A stretch of 64,000 nucleotides of DNA from the human T2T-CHM13v2.0 reference genome, Homo sapiens: NCBI RefSeq assembly GCF_009914755.1, contig NC_060933.1; one strand, written 5' to 3'. This document shows positions 63,570 through 64,000 of the stretch, piece after piece. Within the stretch, counting starts at the first letter, position 1; each line of letters begins with the position of its first letter. Below the pieces are notes generated by a model. That model ran no database searches. It worked only from the letters and a program-made list of their open reading frames with translations, and was not told the DNA's origin. A program made the position numbers and the translations under genes.

Positions 63570-64000
63570 CTAGCGTGTACCAAATGACATATATATTGAA
63601 CTGTATGTAAAATTTTTTAAGGGTTTTAAATTGTTCTTACCCATTCTGTAAAGCATTCCCTCAAATCTCATTATAAAACACTTAATGTACTTCCAAATGA
63701 ACATAAAATACCTCCTTCCATGTATCTTGTGTAATTGTATGATTTCTTAGTATAATTTTAAATGATTGTTTTCCCTGCTAAAGATGAAGCCCTTAAGAAC
63801 TAATAATAATTAAACAGAGTAGATATATTTCAACAGCAAAAACAACCTCCAAAAAAACAGCTTTCTAAAAATACCAGTTTATGGTATGGACTTCAACTTT
63901 CTCTTGCTTAAGGAAGAGAAAATAAGAGATTATCTTATATGGCTGTAAACAGAGATTTTAGGTTTCCTACTCAACAATCTTCCTTGCCTACCTTGGTCAG

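Overview
Primate (very likely human, chr9q21) genomic DNA. The right-hand ~10 kb holds the last six coding exons and 3' UTR of TLE1 (Groucho/TLE corepressor, WD40 domain) on the minus strand. All splice sites are GT-AG, and the exon phases join into one 982-nt frame ending ...TVYEVIY-stop. The left ~53 kb is non-coding DNA downstream of TLE1. It contains about 30 Alu/FLAM/FAM elements, MaLR/ERVL LTRs, L1/L2/MIR fragments, hAT/Tigger DNA transposon fossils and several repeat-poor, motif-dense islands that look like distal enhancers. Almost all other ORFs in the track are Alu- or repeat-derived noise. I found no new gene system. The most notable observations are: (1) a zero-spacer p53 response element in a TLE1 intron, 19/20 identical to the CDKN1A/p21 distal site, overlapping the target-site duplication of an AluY; (2) an 83-bp perfectly identical tract with shared non-consensus bases between two otherwise divergent Alus 46 kb apart, the signature of interlocus gene conversion; (3) an AluJ flanked by a ~120-bp duplication; (4) closely spaced inverted Alu pairs; (5) a non-canonical AGTAAA poly(A) site with an adjacent Pumilio element. 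Repeat family names come from recalled consensus sequences, not a database search, and repeat boundaries are approximate.
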